From contig CAYOIZ010000032.1 of NCBI GenBank assembly GCA_964404165.1, forward strand, positions 5,573-69,572: a stretch of 64,000 bases of DNA. The letters run 5' to 3'. This document shows, one piece after another, positions 29,845-40,664 of the stretch. The notes beneath the pieces were generated by a model. That model did not search any database and was not told where the DNA came from. It worked only from the letters and a program-made list of their open reading frames with translations. The translations under genes were made by a program, and so were the position numbers. Source of the DNA: an uncultured Candidatus Binatia bacterium (GTDB lineage Bacteria; Desulfobacterota; Binatia; DP-6). Each line of letters begins with the position of its first letter. Position 1 is the stretch's first letter.

Positions 29845-30981
29845 ATGATGGGGACACGGATGCACCGCCATCTCGGCGTCGCGCTGCTGCTCGCGACGCT
29901 GGGAGCCGGCACCGCCAGCGGCCAGACCGCGGCGACGCCAGACCAGCTCGAGACGCTCGTGGCGCCCATCGCGCTCTACCCGGACTCGCTGGTGGCGAAC
30001 ATCCTGCCGGCGTCGACGTTCCCGGTGGAGATCGTCGAGGCCGAGCGCGTGCTCTCCGCGGGCGCCCCGACCGACGCGCAGATGCAGGGATGGGATCCGA
30101 GCATCCAGGCCCTGACCTCCGCGCCGAGCGTCCTCAAGATGATGAACGACCGCCTCAGCTGGACGACGCAGCTCGGACAGGCGGTGGCGCAGGATCAGGG
30201 TGCGGTGATGGCGGCGGTGCAGGACGTGCGCGCCAAGGCGCAGGCCGCGGGCAACCTCAAGTCGAACGACCGCCAGACGGTGACGGCGCAGAACGACACC
30301 ATCATCATCGCGCCGGCGAATCCCCAGGTGCTCTACGTGCCGCAGTACGATCCGGTCGCGATCCTCGCGCCGGCGCCGGCGTGGGGCTACTACCCCGCCG
30401 GCTACGGCCTGCTGAGCTTCGGGGCGGGCTTCGCGGCCGGCGCCTTCGTCGGCTACGGCGCCGACTGGGGCAACTGGCACGGCGGCTACAGCCACGTCAC
30501 GGTCAACAACAACTACCACTACAACCGCAACACGAACGTCAACGTCAACACGAACGACGTCAACACGGCGCGATGGAATCCGCCGTCCAACGTCGGGCAC
30601 ATCCAGGCCGGCGGCAGCAGCGACGGGTGGGGCAGCTCCTCGTCGGGCGGCGCGCAGCGCACGCTCGGCAACGACGACCGTCTCGGTGGGAACGGCTTCG
30701 GGAACGACGCGCCTCGCACCGACGACGCCGCCGCGCGTCGCGACGACGGTGCCGGCTTCGGCGACGCCGGGCACCGTGACGACGGTGGCGCCTGGGGCGG
30801 CGGTCGCGCCGCCGCCGATGCGAGCGCCTTCCACGGCGTCGGTGGCGACGGGTGGGACACGCGCGCCGCGAGCGACCGTGGCGACCGCAGCTTCGGCGGC
30901 GGGGGCTTCGGCGGCGGCGGCTTCGGGCGTGGCGGCGGCGGATTCGGCGGCGGTGGTGGTGGCGGTCGTGGCCGTCGCTGA
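29845..30981 (+). CDS. DUF3300 domain protein with Gly/Arg-rich tail
   Basis: QLETLVAPIALYPDSL, WDPS, WTTQLGQA, VMAAVQ and YVPQYDP motifs. Confidence 0.9.
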   Translation: MMGTRMHRHLGVALLLATLGAGTASGQTAATPDQLETLVAPIALYPDSLVANILPASTFPVEIVEAERVLSAGAPTDAQMQGWDPSIQALTSAPSVLKMMNDRLSWTTQLGQAVAQDQGAVMAAVQDVRAKAQAAGNLKSNDRQTVTAQNDTIIIAPANPQVLYVPQYDPVAILAPAPAWGYYPAGYGLLSFGAGFAAGAFVGYGADWGNWHGGYSHVTVNNNYHYNRNTNVNVNTNDVNTARWNPPSNVGHIQAGGSSDGWGSSSSGGAQRTLGNDDRLGGNGFGNDAPRTDDAAARRDDGAGFGDAGHRDDGGAWGGGRAAADASAFHGVGGDGWDTRAASDRGDRSFGGGGFGGGGFGRGGGGFGGGGGGGRGRR

Positions 30982-30997
30982 GCGAGGTGGGGAGGCA

Positions 30998-31735
30998 ATG
31001 CGCATGACGACGACGAACGGGGGGCGCGCGCGCGCCGTGCTGGGTGCGGCGCTCGTAGCGCTTGCCGGTTGCTCGACCATCGGGCGGAGCGTGCAGAACG
31101 AGGGCGTTCCGCCGCACTTCGCCACGCCGACGGCGGCGGCCGACGCGCTCGTCGACGCGTGCAAGCGGCAGGACACCGCGCGTCTCGTCAGTCTCTTCGG
31201 CGAGCAGTATCGCACCCTCGTCTCCACCGGTGACGCGGCCGACGACCGCGCGCGCTGCGAACGGTTGGTGAAGGCGTCCGGCGAGATGCTGCGCCTCGAC
31301 CCGTGGGGCGACGACTGGGCCGTGATGGTGGTCGGTGCCGACGACTTCCCGATCGCCGTACCGATCGTGAAGGACGCCAGGGGCTGGTACTTCAACGGCG
31401 CCGCCGGCGTCGCGGAGGTGCACCGTCGCCACGTCGGGGCCGACGAGCTCGCCGCCATCGCCACGTTGCGCGTATGGGCGCGCCAGGGCCAGACGCCGCC
31501 GTCCGAGTGGATGGGCTATCGCTTCCGCGTCGTGCAGGCGCCGGGCACGGGCGGCAAGGGAACGTCGAAGGCGCTGCTCGCGTACCCGACGGCGTACCGC
31601 AGCACCGGCATCAAGACCTTCGTGGTCCGGCCGGGCGGCGAGGTGCGCGAGCACAACCTCGGTGCGGACACGGTGCCGATGGCCGCCGCCATGACGTCGG
31701 TCGACCCGAGTGGCTGGGCTGTGGTGCTCGACTAG
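30998..31735 (+). CDS. DUF2950 family protein (lipoprotein, apparently internally shortened)
   Basis: FATPTAAADAL, DDFPIAVPIVK...WYFN..AG..E, GYRFRV and AYP..YRSTGIKTFVV motifs. It follows DUF3300 and has an LAGC lipobox. Confidence 0.82.
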   Translation: MRMTTTNGGRARAVLGAALVALAGCSTIGRSVQNEGVPPHFATPTAAADALVDACKRQDTARLVSLFGEQYRTLVSTGDAADDRARCERLVKASGEMLRLDPWGDDWAVMVVGADDFPIAVPIVKDARGWYFNGAAGVAEVHRRHVGADELAAIATLRVWARQGQTPPSEWMGYRFRVVQAPGTGGKGTSKALLAYPTAYRSTGIKTFVVRPGGEVREHNLGADTVPMAAAMTSVDPSGWAVVLD

Positions 31736-31779
31736 GCAGGACGTGCTCTCTCCCGCGGCGTCGCGTATGCTCCGCCGCC

Positions 31780-32208
31780 ATGTCGTGCCCCGCCTGCGAG
31801 CGCATCGCGCGCATCACCCAGGACAAGGAACCCGATTTCGTCATGACGCTGGCGGAATCGCACGTCACGCTCGCCGACGAGCAGGCGTATCCCGGCTACT
31901 GCATCCTGCTCCTGAAGGACCACCAGGAGCACCTCGACCAGCTGCCGCTCGACCGCCAGGCGCGGCTCTGGGACGACGTCGCGCGGGTGGCGACGGGGCT
32001 GCGTCGCGAGTTCGCGCCGCTGCGTCTCAACTACGCGTGCCTCGGGAACTTCCTGACGCATGTGCATTGGCACGTGATCCCGCGCTACGAGACCGATCCC
32101 GAGCCGCAGCACCCGATCTGGGTGCGTCCGCTCGCCGAGCGCCGCGTGCCGCTCACCACGGCGCAGCGCAACGAGCTGATCGCGCGCCTACGCCGCGCGC
32201 TCCGCTGA
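31780..32208 (+). CDS. HIT family hydrolase
   Basis: CPAC N-terminus and HVHWHVIPRY histidine triad. Confidence 0.9.
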   Translation: MSCPACERIARITQDKEPDFVMTLAESHVTLADEQAYPGYCILLLKDHQEHLDQLPLDRQARLWDDVARVATGLRREFAPLRLNYACLGNFLTHVHWHVIPRYETDPEPQHPIWVRPLAERRVPLTTAQRNELIARLRRALR

Positions 32209-33705
32209 CGCGACGACCTCCGCCACCACCCGCTGCGCCGACTCGAGCGCGCCCTCCATCCAGGTGTGGGTCAGCGAGGCGTGCTCGCCCGCGAACCAGA
32301 TGCGGCCCTCGGGACGGATCACGTCGGCGTGCAGGTCGGTCCACTGGCCGGGCAGGAACCAGGCGAACGCGCCCTGGCTCCAGCGGTGCTCGTCCCAGCT
32401 CCACGACACCAGCGTGTCGATCATGTCGGGCTCGCGCAGCTGCGGATGCACGCGGCCGACGGCATCGAGCACCACGCGGCGGCACTCGTCGAGCGGCAGC
32501 GCCGCCATGTGCCGCGCCGCCTGTCCCCAGGTGTACGACGCGAGCAGCACGCCCGGCGCGCGCGAGACGTCGGGATCACGGCGCGTGGCGTTGTCGGACG
32601 GATAGACCGTCGTGCCCGTCGGCAGGTCGGTGAGCGTGACGCCGCCGTAGATGCCGTCGTCGGTCTCCCAGAACCGGCGCCGTGCGACGACGAGCACCTT
32701 GGTCGAGGAGTCGTAGCCCAGCTCGCGGATCGCACGCCGCTTCGCACCCGAGAAGGCGGGGCTGGCGTCGATCTGGGTGAGGACGGGGTAGGGCACGGTG
32801 CAGATGAGCGCATCGCCGCGCTCCATGCGCTCGACGCCGCGATCGAGGTACACGGCACCCGCCCACGGCCGTCCGCCGTCCTCGCCCTGCTCGAGCCGGA
32901 CGACCTGGCAGCCCGATCGCGGCGCGCGGCGCAGCCGGCCCTCGAACGCCTCGGGGAGACGCTGCGTGCCGCCGACGATCTCGTCGAAGCCGCGCGTCCA
33001 GATCGCGTCGTGGTCCTCGCGCAGGTGCTCGGTGGCGGCGCTCGGCAGCAGCGTCTCGACGCCGTTGCCGGTGGCGAGATACTCGATCGCGTCGGGCGAC
33101 AGCGCCGCGCGCTCGCAGAGCTGGCTCAGCGAGAGCTGGTCGAGCGCGCGCAGGCGGGCCGTGCCCGGCGTCGTGGCGTGCAGATCGGCGAGCTCATCCG
33201 CCGTCATGCCGGTGAGGACGTCCGAGACGGCGCGGGTCCAGAGCGCCGCGGGCGTCGCTCCGACGTCGCCGGCGCCGAGCGCATAGGCGTCGCCGAGCGT
33301 GGCGACGTCGCGCGCGCGCACGCGGCGCCCGCGTCCGAAGACGAAGGCGTCACCGTTCTCCTGCACGAACGGCCGCAGGCGGAGCCCGAACCGCTTGCAG
33401 TACGCACGTACGCGCCGGTGCAGCGTCGGAATGCGCATCGCGCCCAGCTCGCCGCGCAGCCCGGCGCCGAACTCGTGCGTCCGTACGCGTCCGCCGACGT
33501 GATGCGGATCGGCCTCGAGCACCACGCACTCGACGCCGCGCTGCTCGAGCTCGAAGGCGGCGCACAGCCCCGCCAGCCCGGCGCCGACGATGACGACGCG
33601 CCGCGGACCGCGCACGCGGGCGAGCCCGTCGAGCGGATTCGCCGTGACGGCGGCACCGGCGAGCAGCGCCGCGCGCCGGAGGAACTCGCGTCGATCGATC
33701 GACAT
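32188..33705 (-). CDS. Tat-exported flavin monoamine oxidase / L-amino acid oxidase family
   Basis: IDRREFL Tat motif, plus GAGLAGL, VGGRV, ELGAMRI and WFAGEH...WMEGALESA motifs. Confidence 0.9.
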   Translation of the reverse strand: MSIDRREFLRRAALLAGAAVTANPLDGLARVRGPRRVVIVGAGLAGLCAAFELEQRGVECVVLEADPHHVGGRVRTHEFGAGLRGELGAMRIPTLHRRVRAYCKRFGLRLRPFVQENGDAFVFGRGRRVRARDVATLGDAYALGAGDVGATPAALWTRAVSDVLTGMTADELADLHATTPGTARLRALDQLSLSQLCERAALSPDAIEYLATGNGVETLLPSAATEHLREDHDAIWTRGFDEIVGGTQRLPEAFEGRLRRAPRSGCQVVRLEQGEDGGRPWAGAVYLDRGVERMERGDALICTVPYPVLTQIDASPAFSGAKRRAIRELGYDSSTKVLVVARRRFWETDDGIYGGVTLTDLPTGTTVYPSDNATRRDPDVSRAPGVLLASYTWGQAARHMAALPLDECRRVVLDAVGRVHPQLREPDMIDTLVSWSWDEHRWSQGAFAWFLPGQWTDLHADVIRPEGRIWFAGEHASLTHTWMEGALESAQRVVAEVVASAERAA

Positions 33706-33839
33706 GGGGGCTGCTCGTGGCACAGCGGGTGGCACCCGGCAAGGCGTCTGAGGCGTAGCGGCATGTGCCAGCGCCCGTCCGTCGTGACGTGCCTGGCACA
33801 CGCGCTCACGGGCACGTCCGCCCGGCGGCCCTTTCTCGC

Positions 33840-33855
33840 CGGCACGCTCCTTGCC
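33840..33855 (+). promoter_or_regulatory. Sigma54 (-24/-12) promoter
   Basis: CGGCACGCTCCTTGC: GG-N10-GC with GGCACG and TTGC matching the consensus, 55 nt upstream of the CDS. Confidence 0.6.
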
Positions 33856-33909
33856 CTCGTAGGGACCGATCGCACGGCCCACCCGTGCGTCGCTCGAAAG
33901 GAGCACTGC

Positions 33910-34338
33910 GTGGCTGTCACCCTGAGCTCGGAGGTTCTCGTCGGTCGCCGCTATCTGGAGCGGGGGTTCGTGGATACGGCCCTGCGGCTGTTCGTGCGCA
34001 ATGCCGCCCACGTCGAGACCGCCGACTGGCTGCTGCTCGTCGAGCGTCTGATGGAGCGCAACCGCGTCGCCGACGTGGTGCGTGTGTGCGAGCTGGGTTC
34101 GGTGCCGCTGCCGCGCGAGCGGTTGCTCGCCCTGGGCGACGCGGCCCTGCGCCGCCGTGACGTCGACGGTGCGAAGACCCTCTACGAGCTGGCCGACGCC
34201 GATCGCGAGCGCTGGGCCGCCTTCGTCGACGTGCTGAGCGCGCTGCCCGAGCGCGAGCGGCTGGCCCTGAGCCTCGCCGAGCGCTACCTCGTCCCGCCGC
34301 CGGTTGCCGTCCCCCCCGTGGTCGCCGCCCTGCTGTAA
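33910..34338 (+). CDS. Hypothetical all-helical (TPR-like) protein
   Basis: GTG follows SD AAGGAG, codon usage is GC3-biased, and the protein has an amphipathic helical pattern. Confidence 0.7.
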   Translation: MAVTLSSEVLVGRRYLERGFVDTALRLFVRNAAHVETADWLLLVERLMERNRVADVVRVCELGSVPLPRERLLALGDAALRRRDVDGAKTLYELADADRERWAAFVDVLSALPERERLALSLAERYLVPPPVAVPPVVAALL

Positions 34339-34386
34339 GCGGTTCGTCTTGCGCGGGCCCGGACCCGCATGGGATGGCCCTGGGCC

Positions 34387-35637
34387 ATGATCGGACCCGA
34401 TCACTGGTTCGCCGGGGCGCGCTTCGGCATGTTCGTTCACTGGGGCCCCGCCAGCATCCACGGCCGCGAGCTCAGCTGGCCGCTCGTCGGTGGCAACCCG
34501 GTGCTGCCGTACGCGCATCCGACGCCGGTCGAAACCTACTACGCCGATCATCTGCGCTTCCGGCCGCAGCCCGGCGCAGCGCGGGCCTGGATGGCGGCGG
34601 CGCGTCGCGCCGGCATGCGCTACGCCGTCCTGACGACGAAGCACCACGACGGCTTCGCGCTCTGGCCGACGAACCGATTCTCGATCGCCGACACGGACTA
34701 CGACGGCGACCTGGTGCGCGAGTTCGCCGACGCCGCCCGGGCCGAGGGCCTGCGCGTCGGCTTCTACTTCTCGCTGCCGGACTGGCGGCATCCGGACTAT
34801 CCGGCGTTCACCGACGCCGACCGGCCCTACATGCGCTGGACGGCCCACCGCGGCGACGCGGCGGCATGGGAGCGCTATCTCGCGGACATGTCCGCGCAGC
34901 TGACGGAGCTGCTGACGCGCTACGGTCGCGTCGACCTCCTCTGGTTCGACGGCGGCTGGGAGCGTCGCGCACACGAGTGGCGCACGACGGAGCTCGAGGC
35001 GATGATCCGTCGCCTGCAGCCCGACATCGTCGTCAACGACCGTCTCCCCGGCGGGGGTGACTACGCCACCCCCGAGCAGCTGGCACCCGCGACGCCGCCG
35101 GACGGTCCCTGGGAGACCTGCCTCACCATGAACCGGACCTGGGGCTGGTGCCCCGAGGACCACGAGTGGAAGAGCGCCCGCGACCTGGTGCACACGCTCT
35201 GCCAGGTGGCGTCGGGCGGCGGCAACCTGCTCCTCAACGTGAGCCCCATGGGCGACGGAGCGTTGCCCGCCCCGCAGCAGGAGCGGCTCGACGTCATCGC
35301 CGGCTGGATGGCGCGGCATGCGGACGCGATCCACGACACGACCCCCGGGCTGGCCCCCTGGCAGTTCTATGGTCCGTCGACCCGCAAGGGGGAGCGCGTC
35401 TTCCTGCACTGCGTGATGCGTCCGTACGACACCGTCACCGTGCGTGGCGTGCCCATCCGTCGCGTGCGCTCGGTCCGGGCCGTCGGGACGGACCAGGCGC
35501 TCGATTTCACGACCCGCGCCGCGGCCCTGGACGAGCTCCTGAACCGCGATCCCCCCGGCGAGCTGGTCGTCCGGGTTCCGGCCGGCTGCATCGACGACCT
35601 CGCCACGGTACTCGCCCTGGACATCGCGCCCGAGTAG
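34387..35637 (+). CDS. Alpha-L-fucosidase (GH29)
   Basis: RFGMFVHWG, TTKHHDGFALW, WFDG, PWETCLTM and GGNLLLNV motifs. Start is 34369 or 34387. Confidence 0.92.
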   Translation: MIGPDHWFAGARFGMFVHWGPASIHGRELSWPLVGGNPVLPYAHPTPVETYYADHLRFRPQPGAARAWMAAARRAGMRYAVLTTKHHDGFALWPTNRFSIADTDYDGDLVREFADAARAEGLRVGFYFSLPDWRHPDYPAFTDADRPYMRWTAHRGDAAAWERYLADMSAQLTELLTRYGRVDLLWFDGGWERRAHEWRTTELEAMIRRLQPDIVVNDRLPGGGDYATPEQLAPATPPDGPWETCLTMNRTWGWCPEDHEWKSARDLVHTLCQVASGGGNLLLNVSPMGDGALPAPQQERLDVIAGWMARHADAIHDTTPGLAPWQFYGPSTRKGERVFLHCVMRPYDTVTVRGVPIRRVRSVRAVGTDQALDFTTRAAALDELLNRDPPGELVVRVPAGCIDDLATVLALDIAPE

Positions 35638-35646
35638 AACGAGTCG

Positions 35647-36468
35647 ATGCAGGACCAGGACCTGGCCGCGCACCGCGATCGCATCGCGCGCGACGGCTAC
35701 ACCATCATCGAGAACGCCATCGAGCCGGAGCTCGTCGCCGCCCTGAACGAGGACCTCGTGAAGCTCGAGCGCGAGTACGACATCGTCCCGGCCAACAATC
35801 CGTTCGAGGGTGCGCACACGGTCCGCATCTACAACCTGCTGGTGCACGGCCCGCTCTACGAGCGCATCCCGGTGCACGAGAACGTGCTGCCGGTGGTCGA
35901 GAGCGTGCTCGACCCGGGCTGCCTGGTGTCGTCGCTGTCGTCGATCAGCATCGATCCGGACGAGCGCGCCCAGCCCATCCACGCCGACGACCAGCTCATC
36001 CCGATCCCGAAGCCGCACGTGCCCACCGTCTGCAACACCATGTGGGCGCTCACCGACTTCACCGAGGCCAACGGCGCCACCCGCATCATCCCCGGCTCCC
36101 ACCTGCGCGATCATTCGCCTACGTTCGGCGAACACTACGACAGCATCCCCGCCGAGATGGCGCGTGGCAGCGTACTCGTGTGGCACGGCAGCCTCTGGCA
36201 CGGCGGCGGCGCCAACCGTACCGGGCAGCGTCGCGTCGGCATCGCCATGAACTACTGCGCGGGCTGGATCCGCCAGCAGGAGAACCAGCAGCTCGGCATT
36301 CCGCGTGAGGTCGCGCGCGGCTTCGCGCCGCGGCTGCGCGAGCTGATCGGCTACGGCATCTACAGCGGTCTCATCGGTCACATCGACAAGCGCACGCCGG
36401 CACGCGTGCTGCTCGACGATCGCAAGGGCGGGGGCATGCTGTGGGACCGCTACGCGGGCAAGGCGTGA
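35647..36468 (+). CDS. Phytanoyl-CoA dioxygenase (PhyH) family Fe(II)/2OG dioxygenase
   Basis: QPIHADD (HxD), [13 protein letters not shown] and WHGGGANRT motifs. Confidence 0.92.
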   Translation: MQDQDLAAHRDRIARDGYTIIENAIEPELVAALNEDLVKLEREYDIVPANNPFEGAHTVRIYNLLVHGPLYERIPVHENVLPVVESVLDPGCLVSSLSSISIDPDERAQPIHADDQLIPIPKPHVPTVCNTMWALTDFTEANGATRIIPGSHLRDHSPTFGEHYDSIPAEMARGSVLVWHGSLWHGGGANRTGQRRVGIAMNYCAGWIRQQENQQLGIPREVARGFAPRLRELIGYGIYSGLIGHIDKRTPARVLLDDRKGGGMLWDRYAGKA

Positions 36469-37673
36469 CGCCGTCGTTCGACACCGCGTTCGCGCCGTTC
36501 GACGACGCGTTCCGGCGCGACCCGTTCGCGGTCTACGCCCGCGCGCGTCGCGAGCACCCCGTCTACGCCCATCCGAGCTTCCCCGCCGTCTCGGTGTTCC
36601 GCTACGACGACGTGCAGAACCTGCTGCGCGATCCCGTCACCTGGTCGAGCCACTTCCCGCTGCCGGAGGGGCTCGAGCGGCCGGGCGACATGCCGCCCAG
36701 CATGCTCGGATCGGATCCGCCGGCGCACACGCGCCTGCGCGGGCTCGTCAGCCAGGCGTTCACGCCGCGCATGGTGAAGCGGCTCGAGCCGCGCATGCGC
36801 CGCATCGCGCACGAGCTGCTCGACGACGCCGTCATGCAGCGCGACGTCGACCTGGTGCAGGCGCTGACGCGGCCGCTGCCGGTCATCGTCATCGCCGAGA
36901 TGATCGGCATCCCGGCGGGCGATCGCGCGCGCTTCACGGTGTGGTCGGATGCGCTCGTCGCCACGCTCGGCGTCGGGCTCTTCACCGGGGTGAGCGCCGA
37001 GCGCCTCGAGCGCCAGCGCGGCGTCATCCGCGAGCTGCGCGAGTACTTCCTGCCGCTGGTCGAGGAGCGTCGCAGCGAGCCGCGCGAGGACCTCCTGAGC
37101 GGGCTCGTCGCCGCCGAGCTCGAGGGCTCGCGGCTCAGCTTCGACGAGATGATCCAGATGCTGATCCTGCTGCTCGTCGCCGGCAACGAGACGACGACCA
37201 ACCTGATCGGCAACGCCGTCCTCGAGCTGCTCGATCATCCCGACGCGCTCGATCACGTCTGGGGACGGCCCGAGCTGCTGGCGGGCGCGGTGGACGAGGT
37301 CATGCGGTTCTCGTCACCCGTCCAGCTGGATCCGCGCCGGGCGACGCGGGCGCTCGAGCTGCACGGCGTGCCGGTGGCCGAGAACCAGATCGTCATCGGC
37401 TGGATCGGTGCCGCCAACCGCGACGAGTCGGTGTTCACGCGGCCCGACGTGTTCGACATCGAGCGGCGCGACAACCGCCATCTCGGTTTCGGCTTCGGGC
37501 CGCACTTCTGCCTCGGTGCCAGCCTGGCCGGCCTCGAGACCCGCGTCGCGCTGGGGGCGCTGCTCGAGCGCACCCGGAGCTTCCGGCGGCTCGACGCCAC
37601 GCCCCTGCCGCTCCACCCGAGCCTGGTGTTCCGGGGCGTCACCGCGCTCCCGCTCCGTCTCGACGCGGCCTGA
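36465..37673 (+). CDS. Cytochrome P450
   Basis: [19 protein letters not shown] (ExxR) and [10 protein letters not shown] heme-Cys motifs. GTGA overlap with PhyH. Confidence 0.95.
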   Translation: MTPSFDTAFAPFDDAFRRDPFAVYARARREHPVYAHPSFPAVSVFRYDDVQNLLRDPVTWSSHFPLPEGLERPGDMPPSMLGSDPPAHTRLRGLVSQAFTPRMVKRLEPRMRRIAHELLDDAVMQRDVDLVQALTRPLPVIVIAEMIGIPAGDRARFTVWSDALVATLGVGLFTGVSAERLERQRGVIRELREYFLPLVEERRSEPREDLLSGLVAAELEGSRLSFDEMIQMLILLLVAGNETTTNLIGNAVLELLDHPDALDHVWGRPELLAGAVDEVMRFSSPVQLDPRRATRALELHGVPVAENQIVIGWIGAANRDESVFTRPDVFDIERRDNRHLGFGFGPHFCLGASLAGLETRVALGALLERTRSFRRLDATPLPLHPSLVFRGVTALPLRLDAA

Positions 37674-37715
37674 TCCAGCTGGCGAGCGGTCCGGCTTCCG
37701 TCGTAGAACGGCTCG

Positions 37716-38138
37716 ATGGATCCGCACGTGAAGTCTTCGCTCGCGCTCACCCATGCGGGTGCGCTCGCCGTCCTCCAGGGTGCCGTCGCCAAGGCGATCG
37801 AGATCGGTGTCCCGCAGTGCATCGTCGTCGTCGACCCGGGCGGCAACATGCTGGCGTTCGTCCGCATGGACGGCGCCAAGGTGCTGAGCCAGCACACCGC
37901 GACGGCCAAGGCCGTCACCGCGGCCTCGTCGCGCGCGGCCACGGGGGCCGTTCCGGAGGACCTGGCCCTCAAGCTGTCCCTCGGCAGCGGTGGCCGCGTC
38001 ACCAACCTGAAGGGCGGCCTGCCCATCGTGGTCGACGGGCACGTCGTCGGCGCCATCGGCGTCGGCTCGGGGACGGGCGATCAGGACGTCGCGGTGGCCG
38101 AGGCCGGCATCGCCGCGCTCGTGAAGGACGCGCGATGA
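37716..38138 (+). CDS. GlcG/HbpS heme-binding family protein
   Basis: [22 protein letters not shown] and GGLPI...[10 protein letters not shown]...QD motifs. Confidence 0.9.
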   Translation: MDPHVKSSLALTHAGALAVLQGAVAKAIEIGVPQCIVVVDPGGNMLAFVRMDGAKVLSQHTATAKAVTAASSRAATGAVPEDLALKLSLGSGGRVTNLKGGLPIVVDGHVVGAIGVGSGTGDQDVAVAEAGIAALVKDAR

Positions 38139-39700
38139 GCCTCACCGTGCGCGGTCCCGCAGTCGCCGAGAGCGACCGCGTCCTGACGCCGGCGGCGCTC
38201 GAGTTCGTGGAGCTGCTGGCGCGTCGTTTCGACGGCACGCGCCGCGAGCTGCTGGCGCGTCGTACCGCCCGGCAGACGGCGATCCGCGAGGGCGCGCGCC
38301 CGGACTTCCTGCCCGAGACCAAGGCGGTCCGCGAGGGCGACTGGTCGGTGGCGCTGGCGCCCGACGATCTGCAGGACCGTCGCGTCGAGATCACCGGTCC
38401 CGTCGACCGCAAGATGGTGATCAACGCGCTCAACTGCGGCGCGCGCGTCTTCATGGCCGACTTCGAGGACTCGAACGCGCCCACGTGGGAGAACTGCGTC
38501 GCGGGCCAGGCGAACCTGCAGGACGCCATCCGTCGCACGATCAGCCTGAGCGTCGCCGACGGCCGTACCTACAAGCTGAACGATCGTGTCGCCACGCTCC
38601 TGGTGCGCCCGCGCGGCTGGCATCTGACCGAGAAGCATCTGCTCGCCGACGGCGCGCCGGTGTCCGCGAGCCTGGTCGACTTCGGGCTCTACGTCTTCCA
38701 CAACGCGCGCGAGCTGCTGGCGCGCGGGTCGGGCCCGTACTTCTACCTGCCGAAGATGGAGAGCCACCTCGAGGCGCGGCTCTGGAACGACGTCTTCATC
38801 GCCGCGCAGGAGGCGCTCGGCATCCCGCGGGGCACGATCCGTGCCACGGTGCTCATCGAGACCATCCTCGCCGCCTTCGAGATGGAGGAGATCCTCTACG
38901 AGCTGCGCGAGCACGCGTCCGGCCTCAACGCCGGGCGATGGGACTACATCTTCAGCGCCATCAAGAAGTTCGCCCACCGTCCCGACGCCGTGCTGCCCGA
39001 CCGCGTGCAGGTGACGATGACGGCGCCGTTCATGCGCGCCTACACCGAGCTGCTGGTGAAGACGTGTCACCGCCGCGGCGCGCACGCCATCGGCGGCATG
39101 GCGGCGTTCATCCCGAACCGTCGCGATCCGGTCGTCAACGAGCGCGCGCTCGCGGCGGTGCGCGCCGACAAGCAGCGCGAGGCGGGCGACGGCTTCGACG
39201 GCACCTGGGTAGCGCATCCCGATCTGGTGGCGGTGGCGCTCGAATCGTTCGACGCCACGCTCGGCAGCCGGCCGCACCAGAAGAGCCGGCAGCGCGACGA
39301 CGTCACCGCCGACGCCGCGCGCCTGCTCGACTTCCGCGTGCCGGACGGCCGCATCACCGAGGCCGGCGTGCGCAACGACATCACCGTCGCCATCCAGTAC
39401 ATCGAGTCGTGGCTGCGCGGCACGGGCGCGGTGGCGCTGTTCAACCTGATGGAGGACGCCGCCACCGCCGAGATCGCGCGCGGACAGCTCTGGCAGTGGC
39501 GCCGCCACGGCGCCACCCTCGACGACGGCCGCGCGGTGACGCGCGAGCTCTACGAGACGCTGCGTGACGAGGAGCTCGCGAAGCTCGAGCGTGCCCCGGG
39601 CAACCGCATCGCCGACGCGACGGCGCTCGTCGATCGCCTGGTGCTCGGGGACGTGTTCGAGGAGTTCCTCACGCTCCGGGCATACGAGCTCGTGCCGTGA
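38135..39700 (+). CDS. aceB: Malate synthase A
   Basis: [53 protein letters not shown] and [10 protein letters not shown] motifs. Confidence 0.96.
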   Translation: MSLTVRGPAVAESDRVLTPAALEFVELLARRFDGTRRELLARRTARQTAIREGARPDFLPETKAVREGDWSVALAPDDLQDRRVEITGPVDRKMVINALNCGARVFMADFEDSNAPTWENCVAGQANLQDAIRRTISLSVADGRTYKLNDRVATLLVRPRGWHLTEKHLLADGAPVSASLVDFGLYVFHNARELLARGSGPYFYLPKMESHLEARLWNDVFIAAQEALGIPRGTIRATVLIETILAAFEMEEILYELREHASGLNAGRWDYIFSAIKKFAHRPDAVLPDRVQVTMTAPFMRAYTELLVKTCHRRGAHAIGGMAAFIPNRRDPVVNERALAAVRADKQREAGDGFDGTWVAHPDLVAVALESFDATLGSRPHQKSRQRDDVTADAARLLDFRVPDGRITEAGVRNDITVAIQYIESWLRGTGAVALFNLMEDAATAEIARGQLWQWRRHGATLDDGRAVTRELYETLRDEELAKLERAPGNRIADATALVDRLVLGDVFEEFLTLRAYELVP

Positions 39701-40188
39701 AGCTCGAGGGCGAGGATCTCGACTCCCCCGCGTTGTCGTTCGCGGCGTTGTCGAGCCTGCTCGGGTCGGCGGCCCGCCTGGCGCGCGACCTGTCGCGGGA
39801 CATCCACCTGCAGCGCCTGTTGCGGGTGTTCCTGAAGCTGCCGGAGGCGGATCGGCCCACCCTCCTGGCGACGCTCGAGCGCGAGGTGGCGGCGCGCGAG
39901 GCCAGCGTGCGGGCGCACGACGGCCTCGTCGGACCGGTGGACCTCGTCGCGAGCGTGTACATTCGTGTCTTCGACGCCGAGCGGGATGCGCTGGGGGTGA
40001 CACGCGACGAAGTGGTGCGCTCGACCCTCGATGCCACGGTGTTCAAGGCGGACCTCCCCGCGTCGCTGGCGGCCGAGCTGGAAGACACCCTGGCGATCGC
40101 CCTGGATTCGCTGACCGACGACGAGGCGCTCGCGATGGCGGACATGTACGACGACGTCCTGGTCGTGCTCGCGGAGAGCGAGCGGTGA
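39697..40188 (+). CDS. Hypothetical helical protein (acidic paralog A)
   Basis: GTGA-coupled to aceB and similar to the next ORF. Confidence 0.7.
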   Translation: MKLEGEDLDSPALSFAALSSLLGSAARLARDLSRDIHLQRLLRVFLKLPEADRPTLLATLEREVAAREASVRAHDGLVGPVDLVASVYIRVFDAERDALGVTRDEVVRSTLDATVFKADLPASLAAELEDTLAIALDSLTDDEALAMADMYDDVLVVLAESER

Positions 40189-40664
40189 CCCCGCCGCACC
40201 AGATCGAATCGATCCGGACGATGCTCAACGCCGCGATCGGAATGGTCGAGAAGCTCGGGAACGACGAGGTGTTCCGCCGTCTCGGCGCCGTGCTGCCGCT
40301 GGTGCTCCCGGAGGATCGCGAGGCGCTCCTCGAGCTGCTCGAGCACGTCGCCGACTCCCACGTGCTGATCGAGGGGGACAACGTGTGGGCCCGATATCTG
40401 CGGCGGATCAATCCGTTCGCGCGCTTGTTCGAGCGCTCCGGCACGGCGCCGCGCGCCTCGAACCTGCCGCAGGAGGAGTGCCTGCACGCGGCGCGCGTCG
40501 GCGCCCGCATCGCGATGAATCTGGCGCCCCGACCGGCCGGTGGCTGGCGGCCGATGGCCTCGACGGTCGAGATGGCGCGCCGGCTGACGCCGGAGCAGCG
40601 AGCCTTCGTGGCCGAGACCACCCGCGGCATCCAGGCCCGCCTGCGGGGGCGCCGGAAGCCGTAG
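40185..40664 (+). CDS. Hypothetical helical protein (basic paralog B)
   Basis: GTGA-coupled to the previous ORF, with shared L..D...RL..V.....DR..LL..LE pattern. It abuts the sirtuin. Confidence 0.7.
   Translation: MTPPHQIESIRTMLNAAIGMVEKLGNDEVFRRLGAVLPLVLPEDREALLELLEHVADSHVLIEGDNVWARYLRRINPFARLFERSGTAPRASNLPQEECLHAARVGARIAMNLAPRPAGGWRPMASTVEMARRLTPEQRAFVAETTRGIQARLRGRRKP

Noticed and set aside
33706-36381. N-terminal extension making the flavin oxidase a 1397-aa protein
   Set aside because: It is antisense to the fucosidase and PhyH genes. A Tat signal at 33705 marks the real start.
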